Below are positions 9,300 through 18,425 of a stretch of 31,774 bases of DNA, piece by piece. The translations under genes and the position numbers were made by a program. Below the pieces are notes generated by a model. That model searched no databases, was not told the origin of the DNA, and saw nothing but the letters and a program-made list of their open reading frames with translations. Positions within the stretch are counted from its first letter, which is position 1. The number at the start of each line of letters is the position of its first letter. The DNA lies in the IMG/VR virus record IMGVR_UViG_3300029846_000231; one strand, 5' to 3'. Source of the DNA: a virus. Its lineage: Duplodnaviria > Heunggongvirae > Uroviricota > Caudoviricetes.

Positions 9300-10520
9300 T
9301 TACACTCTCCCTACGGCAATCCAGTGCGCCGTTGCTGAGCCGCCCTTGAACGTTTTATCTGCTCCCTGCCACCAGATCGAGCGGAACCCGAAAGAGGTTG
9401 TTCCCAGCGATTGAGCACCATAGATCACTAACCCTGAGTACACGTTCCCGGACGAAACCCAGTTCGACACCGCAGATTCCCCCGTCAGAACGCTATAGAA
9501 ACTCATCGCAAGGCCAAGGTTCACGGTCGCAAATCCATTTGCATCTGTAGACACCTTACCGCCCTGAATAACAATGCCTCCCGGCAGTTGCATCACAAAG
9601 GCATTAACGTTGCCTGTAACTGTGAATGATGACATATCCGGCACTTGGCCCGTTCCGGTTCCAACATCTTTTTTGGCTGCTGTTCCTAAACCAAGGTATG
9701 CGAGAAGACCAGCTACATCCTTTCCACTCAAATTAGTCAGCGTATTGTCCCGTGGCTGCTTACCTGACAGCGCATTGTTAATGGTGGTACTGAATTTCGG
9801 GTCATTGTTAATGGCTGCGGCAATTTCTTTCAGTGTGTCCAGCGTGGCTGGCGCACCGTTAATCAGAGCGGTAATAGCGGCCTGAACAAACTCAGTGGTC
9901 GCAATCCGCGTGGTGTTATTTCCTGCGGCAGGCGTCGGCGCTTTTGGTTCTCCGGTAAATGTCGGATTATGTTTCTGTGCATACTGGGTATGAGGGTCCT
10001 GTGCGGCAATGTGGTTTCTCATTTGGTCATCCACATACAGCCTTAATTCCAGGACTTCATCATCCACGTATTTACGGGTCGCCAGTACCACCGACGGGTC
10101 GATTTTCAGCGTGATAGCTTCGGTATTCGTGACAACCAGAATCATGCGGATAGTCTGGGTACGACCACTGCCTTCCTGCAACTGCGGTTTGTACGTTTCC
10201 GGGCAGTTCGCCACCGCAATGAGTACGCCTTCATCATCATAAAGCCCAATCTCACGGATCCAGAATCCGCCCTCGTTCTCAGGGATGATTTGCTCCGCAA
10301 TAATCTGGCTCTGGTTGTTCGGGTCAACACTCAGAAGATTCAGCGGCGCGATGCGTTTCTGGTTAATAAGTTTTGTCTGTGCCGGGTCTGGTGTCGGCAA
10401 GACACCATTTGCATCACCAACGGCCATTTGCGTCAGATTCAGCTTACTGCCGAGCATCGTCGCGTTAGCCAGCCGTGCCGCGCCCTGATTAGTCAGAATG
10501 GCGTAGTATTTCACTGTCAT
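9300..10520 (-). CDS. H: tail fibre protein H (406 aa), active orientation; C-terminal about 130 aa lie inside the invertible segment
   Basis: N-terminal region (MAVGD...GGFWIREIGLYDDEGVLIAVAN...YKPQLQEGSGR) resembles the conserved P2 gpH N-terminal domain as I remember it; C-terminal part is variable. Confidence 0.85.
   Translation of the reverse strand: MTVKYYAILTNQGAARLANATMLGSKLNLTQMAVGDANGVLPTPDPAQTKLINQKRIAPLNLLSVDPNNQSQIIAEQIIPENEGGFWIREIGLYDDEGVLIAVANCPETYKPQLQEGSGRTQTIRMILVVTNTEAITLKIDPSVVLATRKYVDDEVLELRLYVDDQMRNHIAAQDPHTQYAQKHNPTFTGEPKAPTPAAGNNTTRIATTEFVQAAITALINGAPATLDTLKEIAAAINNDPKFSTTINNALSGKQPRDNTLTNLSGKDVAGLLAYLGLGTAAKKDVGTGTGQVPDMSSFTVTGNVNAFVMQLPGGIVIQGGKVSTDANGFATVNLGLAMSFYSVLTGESAVSNWVSSGNVYSGLVIYGAQSLGTTSFGFRSIWWQGADKTFKGGSATAHWIAVGRV
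9681..9706. repeat. candidate gix/hix-like invertase crossover site (right end of invertible segment, inside H)
   Basis: 26-bp site tgttcctaaacc-aa-ggtatgcgagaa; left half resembles the Gin gix half-site TTCCTGTAAACC. The central dinucleotide is the reverse complement of that at 8107-8108, so the two sites are in inverted orientation. It overlies the H codons LGLGT. Confidence 0.55.
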
Positions 10521-11128
10521 GCGTTTACTCTCAGGTTATCAATTAAATGAATGGCCGAGGCCGGGAAATAATCCCCTCCGACAATAATGGCCTCCGGGGT
10601 GTAGGGATAAACCGTCAGGGCGTCGCCGTGATAGCATCCCGCACCGGCAAAAATGTTGCCGGTTGTACTTAAACTGATAGCCAGTCCCGTCAGATGGCGG
10701 CTTGCAGGTTTTGCATCAGCAACGAGACGCTCCAGCTCCTGATACATTTCCTCGGTAATACCCTGCTCAAGCACGCCAACAACGATGCGGAACGTCCCCG
10801 GCTCCTCGTTGAGCTGCCACCACTCCCTCACCTCAATCAGATAGCCGAGCGGCTCCACCACACGGCGAATCGCACCAATAGTGCCCTTATGGCAGTGAAT
10901 GAAATACGCATCGCGGATAACAGCGCGTTTTGTCGCTTCCGGCCACTTATCATCCCAGCGGTCAACCGAAAATGACCACGCCAGCCACGGCAGCAGATTT
11001 GCCGGACAGGTATCCGGGTTCCACAGCTCACGAATACTGACCGGCGTTTTTTCAATTTCCGCACAGGCTTTTGCGGCGGCAACTTCAAGCGGTGATGAGC
11101 CGGTCGGCAGCAGGCGCGAATCACTCAT
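10517..11128 (-). CDS. I: baseplate assembly protein I
   Basis: P2 position between J and H; N-terminus MSDSRLLPTGSSPLEVAAAKACAEIEKTPV matches my memory of P2 gpI. ORF is 203 aa, longer than the about 176 aa I recall for P2, so the C-terminus may differ. Confidence 0.8.
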   Translation of the reverse strand: MSDSRLLPTGSSPLEVAAAKACAEIEKTPVSIRELWNPDTCPANLLPWLAWSFSVDRWDDKWPEATKRAVIRDAYFIHCHKGTIGAIRRVVEPLGYLIEVREWWQLNEEPGTFRIVVGVLEQGITEEMYQELERLVADAKPASRHLTGLAISLSTTGNIFAGAGCYHGDALTVYPYTPEAIIVGGDYFPASAIHLIDNLRVNA

Positions 11129-12029
11129 CCGAGCCTCCGGTCACGACGCTGTATTCGGTGCAGAAAGACGCCTGCGTACTGTTGAGCACAATGTCAGCCA
11201 GAGGTGCGGCCAGCTCGACACGCTGCACGCCTTCCACATGCAACGCGGCATAAATGGCAGACAGACGGATGTCGCGCCCCAGCCGGTGCTGTGCCGTGAT
11301 GTACGCTTCCAGCTTTTTCACGGCAGCAGCGCGGATGGGTTCGCTTTCGGGACCAGGGTAAAGGTAAAGCGTGGCGTTTATCTGGTATTCAACGATGGCG
11401 GCAGACTGCACGGTCACGCGGTCGGCCACCGGCCTGACGTCCTCGCCATTAAGGGCGTTACGCACCACGGCCAGCAGGTCTTCGGATGCGACGCCGTTAT
11501 TTTCACGTGACAGCACAGAGATAGTGACGCAGGCCGGAGACGGACTGGTGACAGAGATATCCGCGACACGCCCGTCGGCACTGCGGCCATGATACTGATA
11601 GGCTCCCACCGACCCGGCGACGCTTAAGCCCTCAAATGCCTGCTGAATACGCAGACGATAATCGGTGTCAGATTCCATCACTGCCGGTGTCGGCGGAATG
11701 GTCGAATCATCTGCAGGGGTGATAATCAGGCGCGTGGTGTTGTAATTGGCACCAATTACATCAAGGTCATTACCGGCAGCACAGGCCAGCATCACCGCCC
11801 GTGCGGCCTCATTCACACGCTGACGCCAGATAAGCTCACGATAAGCATTTTCCTCCAGCAGTTTGACGAGAGGCTCAGATTCCAGCGTCAGGGTACGGGC
11901 GACCGCCTCCTGCTGGTCTTCCGGGTAAAGGGAAATCAGTGTCGCCTTGCGTTCGGCAAGAATGGTTTCAAAGTCCAGCTCCTCGACCACATCCGGTGCG
12001 GGTAGCTGGTTCAGGTCGATAATCGGCAT
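11121..12029 (-). CDS. J: baseplate protein J (302 aa)
   Basis: 302 aa, the P2 gpJ length; position between W and I. Confidence 0.9.
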   Translation of the reverse strand: MPIIDLNQLPAPDVVEELDFETILAERKATLISLYPEDQQEAVARTLTLESEPLVKLLEENAYRELIWRQRVNEAARAVMLACAAGNDLDVIGANYNTTRLIITPADDSTIPPTPAVMESDTDYRLRIQQAFEGLSVAGSVGAYQYHGRSADGRVADISVTSPSPACVTISVLSRENNGVASEDLLAVVRNALNGEDVRPVADRVTVQSAAIVEYQINATLYLYPGPESEPIRAAAVKKLEAYITAQHRLGRDIRLSAIYAALHVEGVQRVELAAPLADIVLNSTQASFCTEYSVVTGGSDE

Positions 12030-12033
12030 GGTT

Positions 12034-12381
12034 TCAACTCACAGGGATGGTTAACGAAAGTGGCTGGCCGGTGTCGTTGTGCTGGCCGGTTAACGTGACC
12101 GTCATTCGCCCGTCAAAACTGCGCGCCGTGGTGACGGATGACAGGGTGACGCGGGGTTCCCATTTCAGCACTGCCATGTAACAGGCGACTTTAATCTGCA
12201 ACTCAAGCGCCGGGGTCTGCGGCTGGTCAATCATTGACGCCAGCAACGAGCCGTAATCACGACGCATCACCCGTGAGCCGACCGGTGTGCGCAGGATATC
12301 GCCGATACTCTGGCTGATATGCTCAAGGTCAGTGACAGTCAGGCCATCACTGCGATTCATTCCGAGATAACGCGCTGTCAT
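12034..12381 (-). CDS. W: baseplate wedge protein W (115 aa, gp25-like)
   Basis: 115 aa, the P2 gpW length; position between V and J. Confidence 0.9.
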   Translation of the reverse strand: MTARYLGMNRSDGLTVTDLEHISQSIGDILRTPVGSRVMRRDYGSLLASMIDQPQTPALELQIKVACYMAVLKWEPRVTLSSVTTARSFDGRMTVTLTGQHNDTGQPLSLTIPVS

Positions 12382-13013
12382 AAAGGACTCCCGGTTGTGC
12401 CGCCGCTGTCGCCGTGGTGTTTGTGGGTATGCAGTACCTTACCGTTTGATGAGAGTTCACCGCCGGTATGTTCAATGTTGCCGCGCATCGTCCCGCCCTT
12501 CTGCACTTCCAGCGTGCCGGTAGTCAGTTTGTTAGTGCAGACCACTTCCGGTGTGTCCAGGGTGACACGGGTTGACGCTTTCACCGTGACCACCGGTACC
12601 GTGGCAGTAACAGAATCAGAAGCCGTCACGCTGGCCGTTTTAATTCCGCTTACCGTGAGTGCACTGGTTTCGGGTTCATATTCAATCACCGCCCCGTCAG
12701 GGAAACGGATATGCAGGGCATCCGCCGACGCAGACGGCGCGGGGTTATCGCCGGAATAAATCCCCGGCAGAACGAACGCCGTGTCGAGTTCACCGCCCAC
12801 GGCCAGAATCAGCACCTGCTCCCCCACGGAAGGTGCCCACCATGTGCGCGAACGACCGGCACGATGGGTCAGCCACTGAAGCCAGTCAGTGCACATGCCG
12901 CCGGTCTGCACACGGCAGCGACCGGCGTTAAGGTCGGTTTCGACGACAAGGCCGGTGCGGATCATGTTGCGCAGTGCGCGCGCGATTTCCTGAATATTTG
13001 CGAGAGTGTTCAT
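12378..13013 (-). CDS. V: baseplate central spike protein V (211 aa)
   Basis: 211 aa; N-terminus MNTLANIQE and Gly-rich C-terminus (HTHKHHGDSGGTTGSPL) as in P2 gpV. Confidence 0.9.
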   Translation of the reverse strand: MNTLANIQEIARALRNMIRTGLVVETDLNAGRCRVQTGGMCTDWLQWLTHRAGRSRTWWAPSVGEQVLILAVGGELDTAFVLPGIYSGDNPAPSASADALHIRFPDGAVIEYEPETSALTVSGIKTASVTASDSVTATVPVVTVKASTRVTLDTPEVVCTNKLTTGTLEVQKGGTMRGNIEHTGGELSSNGKVLHTHKHHGDSGGTTGSPL

Positions 13014-13079
13014 AACGGGAAGGATGCCGCCGGGTCATACCGGCGGCAATGTGACGATGAGGTGTCGGGAATGGCACAA

Positions 13080-13532
13080 CTAACGGTCGAGGTGAGCCAG
13101 GATAATCTCTTCAATCATCTGTACATCCTCACCGGTGAAGCCGAGCAGAGGGCGCGCCGGATAATCAATTTTCTTACCGTCTTTCCGGTTTTCTTCCGAC
13201 AGACCGAACTGATGCACACTGGCGATTTTCGGTGACTTCCCGCCGTAAAACTCCATTGATGCCTGTTCCGGGCTGGCGCGGATATGCAAAAAACGACTGG
13301 TGATAAGTTTCGCAAACATTTTTCGCTTAACACGACCAGTCTTTTTTCTGGCGCTCTGCTGCTGGCGTGGCGCGTAGGGTGTGCCGTCCGGGGCTTTCTG
13401 AGCCATCACCCGACGCTGCTGACTCTGCCGCAGACGTTTCGCCAGTTCGGCGCTCAGTCGCCGACGCCCTGACGGTGACAGCGAATCAATCAGTCCGGTC
13501 AGCCGGTCTTCAAAACGCTTAAACTCATTCAT
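13080..13532 (-). CDS. S: tail completion protein S (150 aa)
   Basis: 150 aa, P2 gpS length and position. Confidence 0.85.
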   Translation of the reverse strand: MNEFKRFEDRLTGLIDSLSPSGRRRLSAELAKRLRQSQQRRVMAQKAPDGTPYAPRQQQSARKKTGRVKRKMFAKLITSRFLHIRASPEQASMEFYGGKSPKIASVHQFGLSEENRKDGKKIDYPARPLLGFTGEDVQMIEEIILAHLDR

Positions 13533-13992
13533 CCCACTGGCTCACCAGTTCGCCATTGATATAAAGCTCCACCGGGCGGGTGACCGGCTCCGGCGGCGTG
13601 GGTTCCGGGATATTCTTCACATGCAGTGCGCCGTCCACCTCACTGACCAGCGTGCGCTCGGTCAGCATCAGGCTGATGCTGATATCAAAGCTGCTGTCAT
13701 TGTTGATGTCTGCATAAAACGTGAAGCCCTTTTTCTGGCCTGCGTCGGTGGTCATGATGTCGGGCTGATTTTCCCGCAGCCACGCCAGCACCGGCACGAT
13801 GAGCAGGTCAAAATCACCGGTAAAGTCGGTCACAATCACATTGAGCGTGTAACGCTTTTCGAATGACAGCGACGTCGCCAGTGTGGAGGCAATACTCCCG
13901 TTATCCACGAATATCCGCAGCATATCGGGGTTAGTTTTCAGCACCGTGACGGCATCAGTCAGCGCCCTGCGCAGGCTGTCGGGTTTGAGCAT
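13525..13992 (-). CDS. R: tail completion protein R (155 aa)
   Basis: 155 aa, P2 gpR length and position. Confidence 0.85.
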   Translation of the reverse strand: MLKPDSLRRALTDAVTVLKTNPDMLRIFVDNGSIASTLATSLSFEKRYTLNVIVTDFTGDFDLLIVPVLAWLRENQPDIMTTDAGQKKGFTFYADINNDSSFDISISLMLTERTLVSEVDGALHVKNIPEPTPPEPVTRPVELYINGELVSQWDE

Positions 13993-14245
13993 CGTTTTCG
14001 TCCTGACAGTGTTTAATCATTTTTACCTGGCTGGCACAGCGCGCCAGCGCGTTCTCAAGCTGCCGGATATCGGCACTTAAATCACCGTTCGTCTCCGGGT
14101 CACTGCCCGGCATCGGGCAAAGGCTCACTTTCGGGCAGGCGTTGTGGACAATCACTGGCGTCAGTGCAGGCGGGGCGCTGGTGCAACCGGCGCACAGCAT
14201 CAGGCAGGTCAGCACCATACCAGCGGCGAAAATCTTCGTTTTCAT
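13955..14245 (-). CDS. lysC: LysC, Rz1-like outer-membrane lipoprotein spanin (96 aa), embedded in lysB in another frame
   Basis: Internal start gives MKTKIFAAGMVLTCLMLCAGC with lipobox L-C-A-G-C, followed by a Pro-rich segment; 96 aa matches P2 LysC. It overlaps the 3' half of lysB out of frame. Confidence 0.75.
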   Translation of the reverse strand: MKTKIFAAGMVLTCLMLCAGCTSAPPALTPVIVHNACPKVSLCPMPGSDPETNGDLSADIRQLENALARCASQVKMIKHCQDENDAQTRQPAQGAD

Positions 14246-14525
14246 TAAGTAACCTCGTGATGGTTTTCTCGCGCTGTGCTTCACGCTTCGCGGCGTTCTC
14301 CAGTTCCTGACGCAGTGCCACCTGCGCCAGCTCGTTTTTGTCTGCCCTGGTGAGCGCAACATGAAGCTGATTTTTCAGCATGGTGATGGTCGCCTGCTGC
14401 TCGCTGGCTACGTTGTTTACCCTGTCCAGTGAGGTGCGCAGGCTGGCGTTTTTATGCTTCGCCAGAAACAGACCCGCCACCGCCAGCGATAACAACACAA
14501 CCAGCACAATCATCAGCCTTGACAT
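14100..14525 (-). CDS. lysB: LysB, Rz-like inner-membrane spanin (141 aa)
   Basis: 141 aa with an N-terminal transmembrane helix (MIVLVVLLSLAVAGLFLA) and coiled-coil periplasmic domain; P2 LysB length. Confidence 0.85.
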   Translation of the reverse strand: MSRLMIVLVVLLSLAVAGLFLAKHKNASLRTSLDRVNNVASEQQATITMLKNQLHVALTRADKNELAQVALRQELENAAKREAQREKTITRLLNENEDFRRWYGADLPDAVRRLHQRPACTDASDCPQRLPESEPLPDAGQ

Positions 14526-14938
14526 GGTTCCCGCCCCTCAAAACGCTGACGGCAGGCCGTACGTATCAGCCGGAAGAACACCGATACCACGAGATAAATC
14601 AGCGCGGTAAAAATCCACCCGGCAGCGACCAGCGAGATAAACGTCGCCACCATCACTACCAGAGCCACCGCCCGTCTGCGCCACGGCACCGGCTGCAAAA
14701 ACAGCGACGTGACAATCTTCACGGCCAGCGATTCCGGCGGCAGCTCCCGCCCGTAGCGTTCCAGTACATACTCTGTGGCATACACGCCGACACCGCCGGC
14801 AACCACACAGATAACCGTCGCCAGAATCGCCCAGGCAGCGACAAAACTGACGGCCACGCTCTGCGGGTAAATCAGGGACAGTGCCAGCATCAGCGCCAGC
14901 AACACGTTCAGCATCAGTGAAAGGGATAATTTCTTCAT
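14513..14938 (-). CDS. lysA: LysA, multi-pass membrane lysis-timing protein (141 aa)
   Basis: 141 aa, strongly hydrophobic with several predicted transmembrane helices; P2 LysA length and position after K. Confidence 0.8.
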   Translation of the reverse strand: MKKLSLSLMLNVLLALMLALSLIYPQSVAVSFVAAWAILATVICVVAGGVGVYATEYVLERYGRELPPESLAVKIVTSLFLQPVPWRRRAVALVVMVATFISLVAAGWIFTALIYLVVSVFFRLIRTACRQRFEGREPCQG

Positions 14939-14952
14939 GGTGTTTACTCCGT

Positions 14953-15450
14953 TTAAGCCGGTACGCCGCCAGCGGTACGCCAGACGGTGACCAGTTTTTC
15001 CAGTGAATGCTCACGCTGACCGTAACCGGCACCCGGCAGGGACGCCCAGATATTGCGACAGCGTGAAATGGCGCGCTCAATGCGTCCCGCCCGGATGTCA
15101 TCCAGTGCACCGCGTTCGCGGATCAACTGAATGGCAAGTCTGTCCTGTGACAACGGACTGAAATCCGGCAGGGCAAGCTGTTTGCGGTAATGCGGCCAGA
15201 ACAGGTAAAGCTGCTGATAGCGACCTGAGGCCGTGGATTTTTCACCGCGACGGTTAAACACCTTCGCCGGTCGGCCATGTGCGAACGGGTGGTCACTGTA
15301 GTCGGTGAAAATTTCCGGCTTCCCGTCCAGTCCGGTGACTATCACGTCATAGCCCCGGTTTTTCGTCAGCGGGTGATTCGCCGTCCCTTCGGACACGGCC
15401 AGCATGTCGAGAAAGGCAGCGATATTCTGATGCGTGTTAATTACCGGCAT
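14953..15450 (-). CDS. K: endolysin K (165 aa)
   Basis: 165 aa; N-terminus MPVINTHQNIAAFLDMLAVSEGT as in P2 gpK; follows holin Y. Confidence 0.9.
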   Translation of the reverse strand: MPVINTHQNIAAFLDMLAVSEGTANHPLTKNRGYDVIVTGLDGKPEIFTDYSDHPFAHGRPAKVFNRRGEKSTASGRYQQLYLFWPHYRKQLALPDFSPLSQDRLAIQLIRERGALDDIRAGRIERAISRCRNIWASLPGAGYGQREHSLEKLVTVWRTAGGVPA

Positions 15451-15731
15451 TACTGTTTCCCCCTGCCCTTAAAGCGGCGCTGAATGGCAATCTCAATCAC
15501 CTGATAACCGGCGATACCCAGCATGGAGCCGATGCCGCACACCGCAGGCAGTGACAGGTCAGGAAACTGCACCAGAACAACACCGGCAACCATCGAGACA
15601 AAACCACCAAGCAACATGCGCCCGATAAACAGACGCGGGGTGATGGGTTCACCACCGGCAAGCACCTTGCCGACAACAATCAGCACCCCAATCATGAAAA
15701 GCGACAGGACGCTTTTTTCTTCTGCTGTCAT
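15450..15731 (-). CDS. Y: holin Y (93 aa)
   Basis: 93 aa with predicted transmembrane helices and a charged C-terminus (RRFKGRGKQ); P2 gpY length and position. Confidence 0.85.
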   Translation of the reverse strand: MTAEEKSVLSLFMIGVLIVVGKVLAGGEPITPRLFIGRMLLGGFVSMVAGVVLVQFPDLSLPAVCGIGSMLGIAGYQVIEIAIQRRFKGRGKQ

Positions 15732-15734
15732 GCG

Positions 15735-15938
15735 TTACTCCCACAGATTGACAGTTTCAGCCACGGGCGCGGTCTGAACGTCGGGCAGTTCGACGGCGGT
15801 GCCGTGCGGCAGCACCGCACCCAGTTCAGCCAGTCCCGGATTTGCGGCGAGCACGGCCTCGACCACGCCCTCAGTGCGCCCGTAATACCGGACACAGATG
15901 GCGTCGAGCGTGTCGCCCTGTAGCGCAAAGGTCTTCAT
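15735..15938 (-). CDS. X: tail protein X (67 aa)
   Basis: Internal start gives MKTFALQGDTLDAICVRYYGRTEGVVEAVLAANPGLAELGAVLPHGTAVELPDVQTAPVAETVNLWE, 67 aa, matching P2 gpX; its ATG overlaps the L stop (TGATG). Confidence 0.85.
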   Translation of the reverse strand: MKTFALQGDTLDAICVRYYGRTEGVVEAVLAANPGLAELGAVLPHGTAVELPDVQTAPVAETVNLWE

Positions 15939-16447
15939 CAGATTTGACTCACAATGCAGCGCGGCTTGTCCTGGATTCGCGCCACTGCCCAGCGCATATC
16001 CCGCCACAGCTCATCAATGGTGCTGTCAATGCTGTCGGCCTTCTTGTCGCCTTTGGCACTGGCATCCACGCCGCGATAACGCTCATAAAGCGATGCGGTC
16101 GCCATCGCACACACGGCGCGCTCGTAGTAAAAAACTTTGATGCTTTCACCGTCGATGTCGTCCGCCGGGACTTCCGCCAGACGCGTAAAACCGGCGGCAA
16201 TTTTCTGTTCGCGGTACTCGTACAGCTCCGCATTCGTCTCCGCCATGCCTGACTTGATGGCCTCACGCAGACGGGCGGGGGCGACGGTCTGCTCAAGGCG
16301 CATACGTTCCCGGACGCGCTTCGGGTCGATATCGGGAAAAAAGAACGTGTTTTTAATCACCGGCTCGTCGCCTGCCGGTTGCGGGATGACCACCGTACCC
16401 TCACCGGACACGGGAGCCTCCTTTCGCGGAATAATCAGCGTCATCAT
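15938..16447 (-). CDS. L: capsid completion protein L (169 aa)
   Basis: Start at MMTLIIPRKEAPVSGEG gives 169 aa, the P2 gpL length; the six-frame ORF extends 20 codons further upstream. Confidence 0.8.
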   Translation of the reverse strand: MMTLIIPRKEAPVSGEGTVVIPQPAGDEPVIKNTFFFPDIDPKRVRERMRLEQTVAPARLREAIKSGMAETNAELYEYREQKIAAGFTRLAEVPADDIDGESIKVFYYERAVCAMATASLYERYRGVDASAKGDKKADSIDSTIDELWRDMRWAVARIQDKPRCIVSQI

Positions 16448-16546
16448 GACTACCTCTGAAAAGTCGGGCGGTGGACTCCGGTGCAGTGTCAGGTGATTCA
16501 CCCTCACTGACCGGCGTGCCGCCCTGGCGCGGGGCGCATTCGGTTG

Positions 16547-17290
16547 TTAACTGGCTTTCTTTTTCGGGCGTCCACGTTTTGCCGGTGTCACGCTCCGGGT
16601 CTTACGCGGGGCGCGGGTGGCCGCTTTGGGCTGCGGCTCCGGCTTCGGTTTCAGCTCCCGCTCCAGTCGTTCAATCTCTTTTTTGACGCCTGCCTGACAG
16701 TCGAGCTGTGTCGCACGTTGCAGGTGAGCCAGCGCACCGGCGGCATCACCACCGTCACGCAGAAACAGACCGGTAATTTTGTGCAGCTTTGCGCGCACTT
16801 CATCAGGCATGTCAGCCGTGGCGGTCAGTTCAAGGGTCTCCGTCAGCAGGCGGGTATCCACAGACTCACCGGCAGCGTGAGCGCGCATGGCCGCAAGCGC
16901 CACCTCCTCGGTGAACATGTACGGCGGAGTGCGGCGGTGTTTCCCCGGCATGGTCAGACCATACTTCAGGGCATAACGGGCAATCTCCAGCGCACCGGCA
17001 ATATCGCCGGTATCCAGACGCCACAGCATGACCGTCATCAGAATGTCATCCTGTGCACCTTTGCCCTGCTCCAGCACGCCGTTCACCCACGGCAACCAGA
17101 ACGGCAGCAACTCGCGCTTTTTCGCGGCCTTCAGCTCTTTTGAATAAATCGCTTTCAGTGTGCGCTGGTCTGCGGCCAGCTTGACCAGCATCTGCTCATA
17201 GACAGTTGCATGTCGCAGCGGGGCGGCTTCCCGCTGCGCGGTCATCGCTGCCGAGACCCGCATCATGTGGCGCTGTGCGGGACTCGTCAT
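16547..17290 (-). CDS. M: terminase small (endonuclease) subunit M (247 aa)
   Basis: 247 aa, P2 gpM length and position after N. Confidence 0.9.
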   Translation of the reverse strand: MTSPAQRHMMRVSAAMTAQREAAPLRHATVYEQMLVKLAADQRTLKAIYSKELKAAKKRELLPFWLPWVNGVLEQGKGAQDDILMTVMLWRLDTGDIAGALEIARYALKYGLTMPGKHRRTPPYMFTEEVALAAMRAHAAGESVDTRLLTETLELTATADMPDEVRAKLHKITGLFLRDGGDAAGALAHLQRATQLDCQAGVKKEIERLERELKPKPEPQPKAATRAPRKTRSVTPAKRGRPKKKAS

Positions 17291-17293
17291 CGG

Positions 17294-18367
17294 TTACGCT
17301 CCCGGCTCTGCGGTCGCTTTAGCCAGCGTGGAGAAATCACCGACCTTAATTTTTTCCACCAGACAACCGGCGGCGTAGTCTTCCACCACGTAATCAATGT
17401 TCATTGACTCGTAGTTCTCCACGCGGTCGAGTTTCGGGTTTTCCTCAATCACGCGGCGATGGCTGTCATCCATGTAGTAGATGGACAGGTTTTCCAGCTT
17501 TGTGATGAGCATCGCATCCGCCGGGAAGTACGGGACGCGTACCGCCGGCAGGTTACCGATGCGTTTCTGGCTGATGATGACGTCAGCGGCCAGCATTTCG
17601 CTGTTGTCCTGCTCCTTGTTGACGATGGGAAAATACTTGTCCGCCAGTAGCTGACGTCCCACAATCACCACAAGGTCAGGGTCTTCCTGATACCACGGCT
17701 CAATCAGGTTGTTGGTCGCATCCATCACCAGTGCGTCAAGGCTGGCATAATCACCGCCCTTACCCACGCGGATAACCTCAGAGGTGGTGTGCCCTTCCTC
17801 GTCAGTGACCTTGCTCATCACGCGCGCCGGTGCTTCATTGCGGTATTTCTGCAGCCAGCCGACCGCCACATCCTGCAGCATCGGGTTACTGCTGCGGTCA
17901 GAGGTTTCGGCACGCCTCACGCCGTTAAAACCGGCCATGATTAAATCAAGGGACTGGCGTTTGATAATGGCGTTACGGACACGGAGCTGGAAATCCTGAT
18001 AACGCGCCCACAGGTCCAGCGTTTTGTAGCGGATATAAAAATCGAAGTTAATCTGGTCGCATTCGTACTTGTTTGACGCCAGCTTCGAGAAGTCCTTCGG
18101 CTGACGCTCGGTGCCACCGGCGGTGTCGGTGGTGCTGGCGATGGAGCCGGTGACACCGATGCCAATTTTTTCCCCTTTCATTTCGCTGACCGGCACAATG
18201 TTGATGCGGGTCAGAAAGTCAGAGGACTCCTGCATGGTGTTCATCAGGGTCTGGGTGACCGACGGTTCAACGGTGAATTTTTTCGACACATCACCGGCGT
18301 CGATGCCGTTCAGTTCGGCAACACGGGACAGGTAAGCATTAAATTTAAAGCGGGTTTCCTGGCGCAT
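17294..18367 (-). CDS. N: major capsid protein N (357 aa)
   Basis: 357 aa, P2 gpN length and position. Confidence 0.9.
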   Translation of the reverse strand: MRQETRFKFNAYLSRVAELNGIDAGDVSKKFTVEPSVTQTLMNTMQESSDFLTRINIVPVSEMKGEKIGIGVTGSIASTTDTAGGTERQPKDFSKLASNKYECDQINFDFYIRYKTLDLWARYQDFQLRVRNAIIKRQSLDLIMAGFNGVRRAETSDRSSNPMLQDVAVGWLQKYRNEAPARVMSKVTDEEGHTTSEVIRVGKGGDYASLDALVMDATNNLIEPWYQEDPDLVVIVGRQLLADKYFPIVNKEQDNSEMLAADVIISQKRIGNLPAVRVPYFPADAMLITKLENLSIYYMDDSHRRVIEENPKLDRVENYESMNIDYVVEDYAAGCLVEKIKVGDFSTLAKATAEPGA

Positions 18368-18425
18368 AGTTTTTCCTGAAATTAAGGGTTAATCGTGAAG
18401 GTTTTCCCGGACTGGCTGACGCCGG

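Noticed and set aside
13026-13047. GC-rich hairpin gccgccgg-gtcata-ccggcggc between S and V
   Set aside because: Perfect 8-bp stem but no U-tract on either strand, so not called as an intrinsic terminator; may be an mRNA structure near the V RBS.
14429-15110. Long overlapping ORFs on both strands in the lysis region (14429-14920 plus strand, 14538-15110 minus strand)
   Set aside because: They overlap lysA and K in alternative frames with Arg/Gly/Cys-rich translations; the P2-length lysA, lysB, lysC and K frames account for the region.
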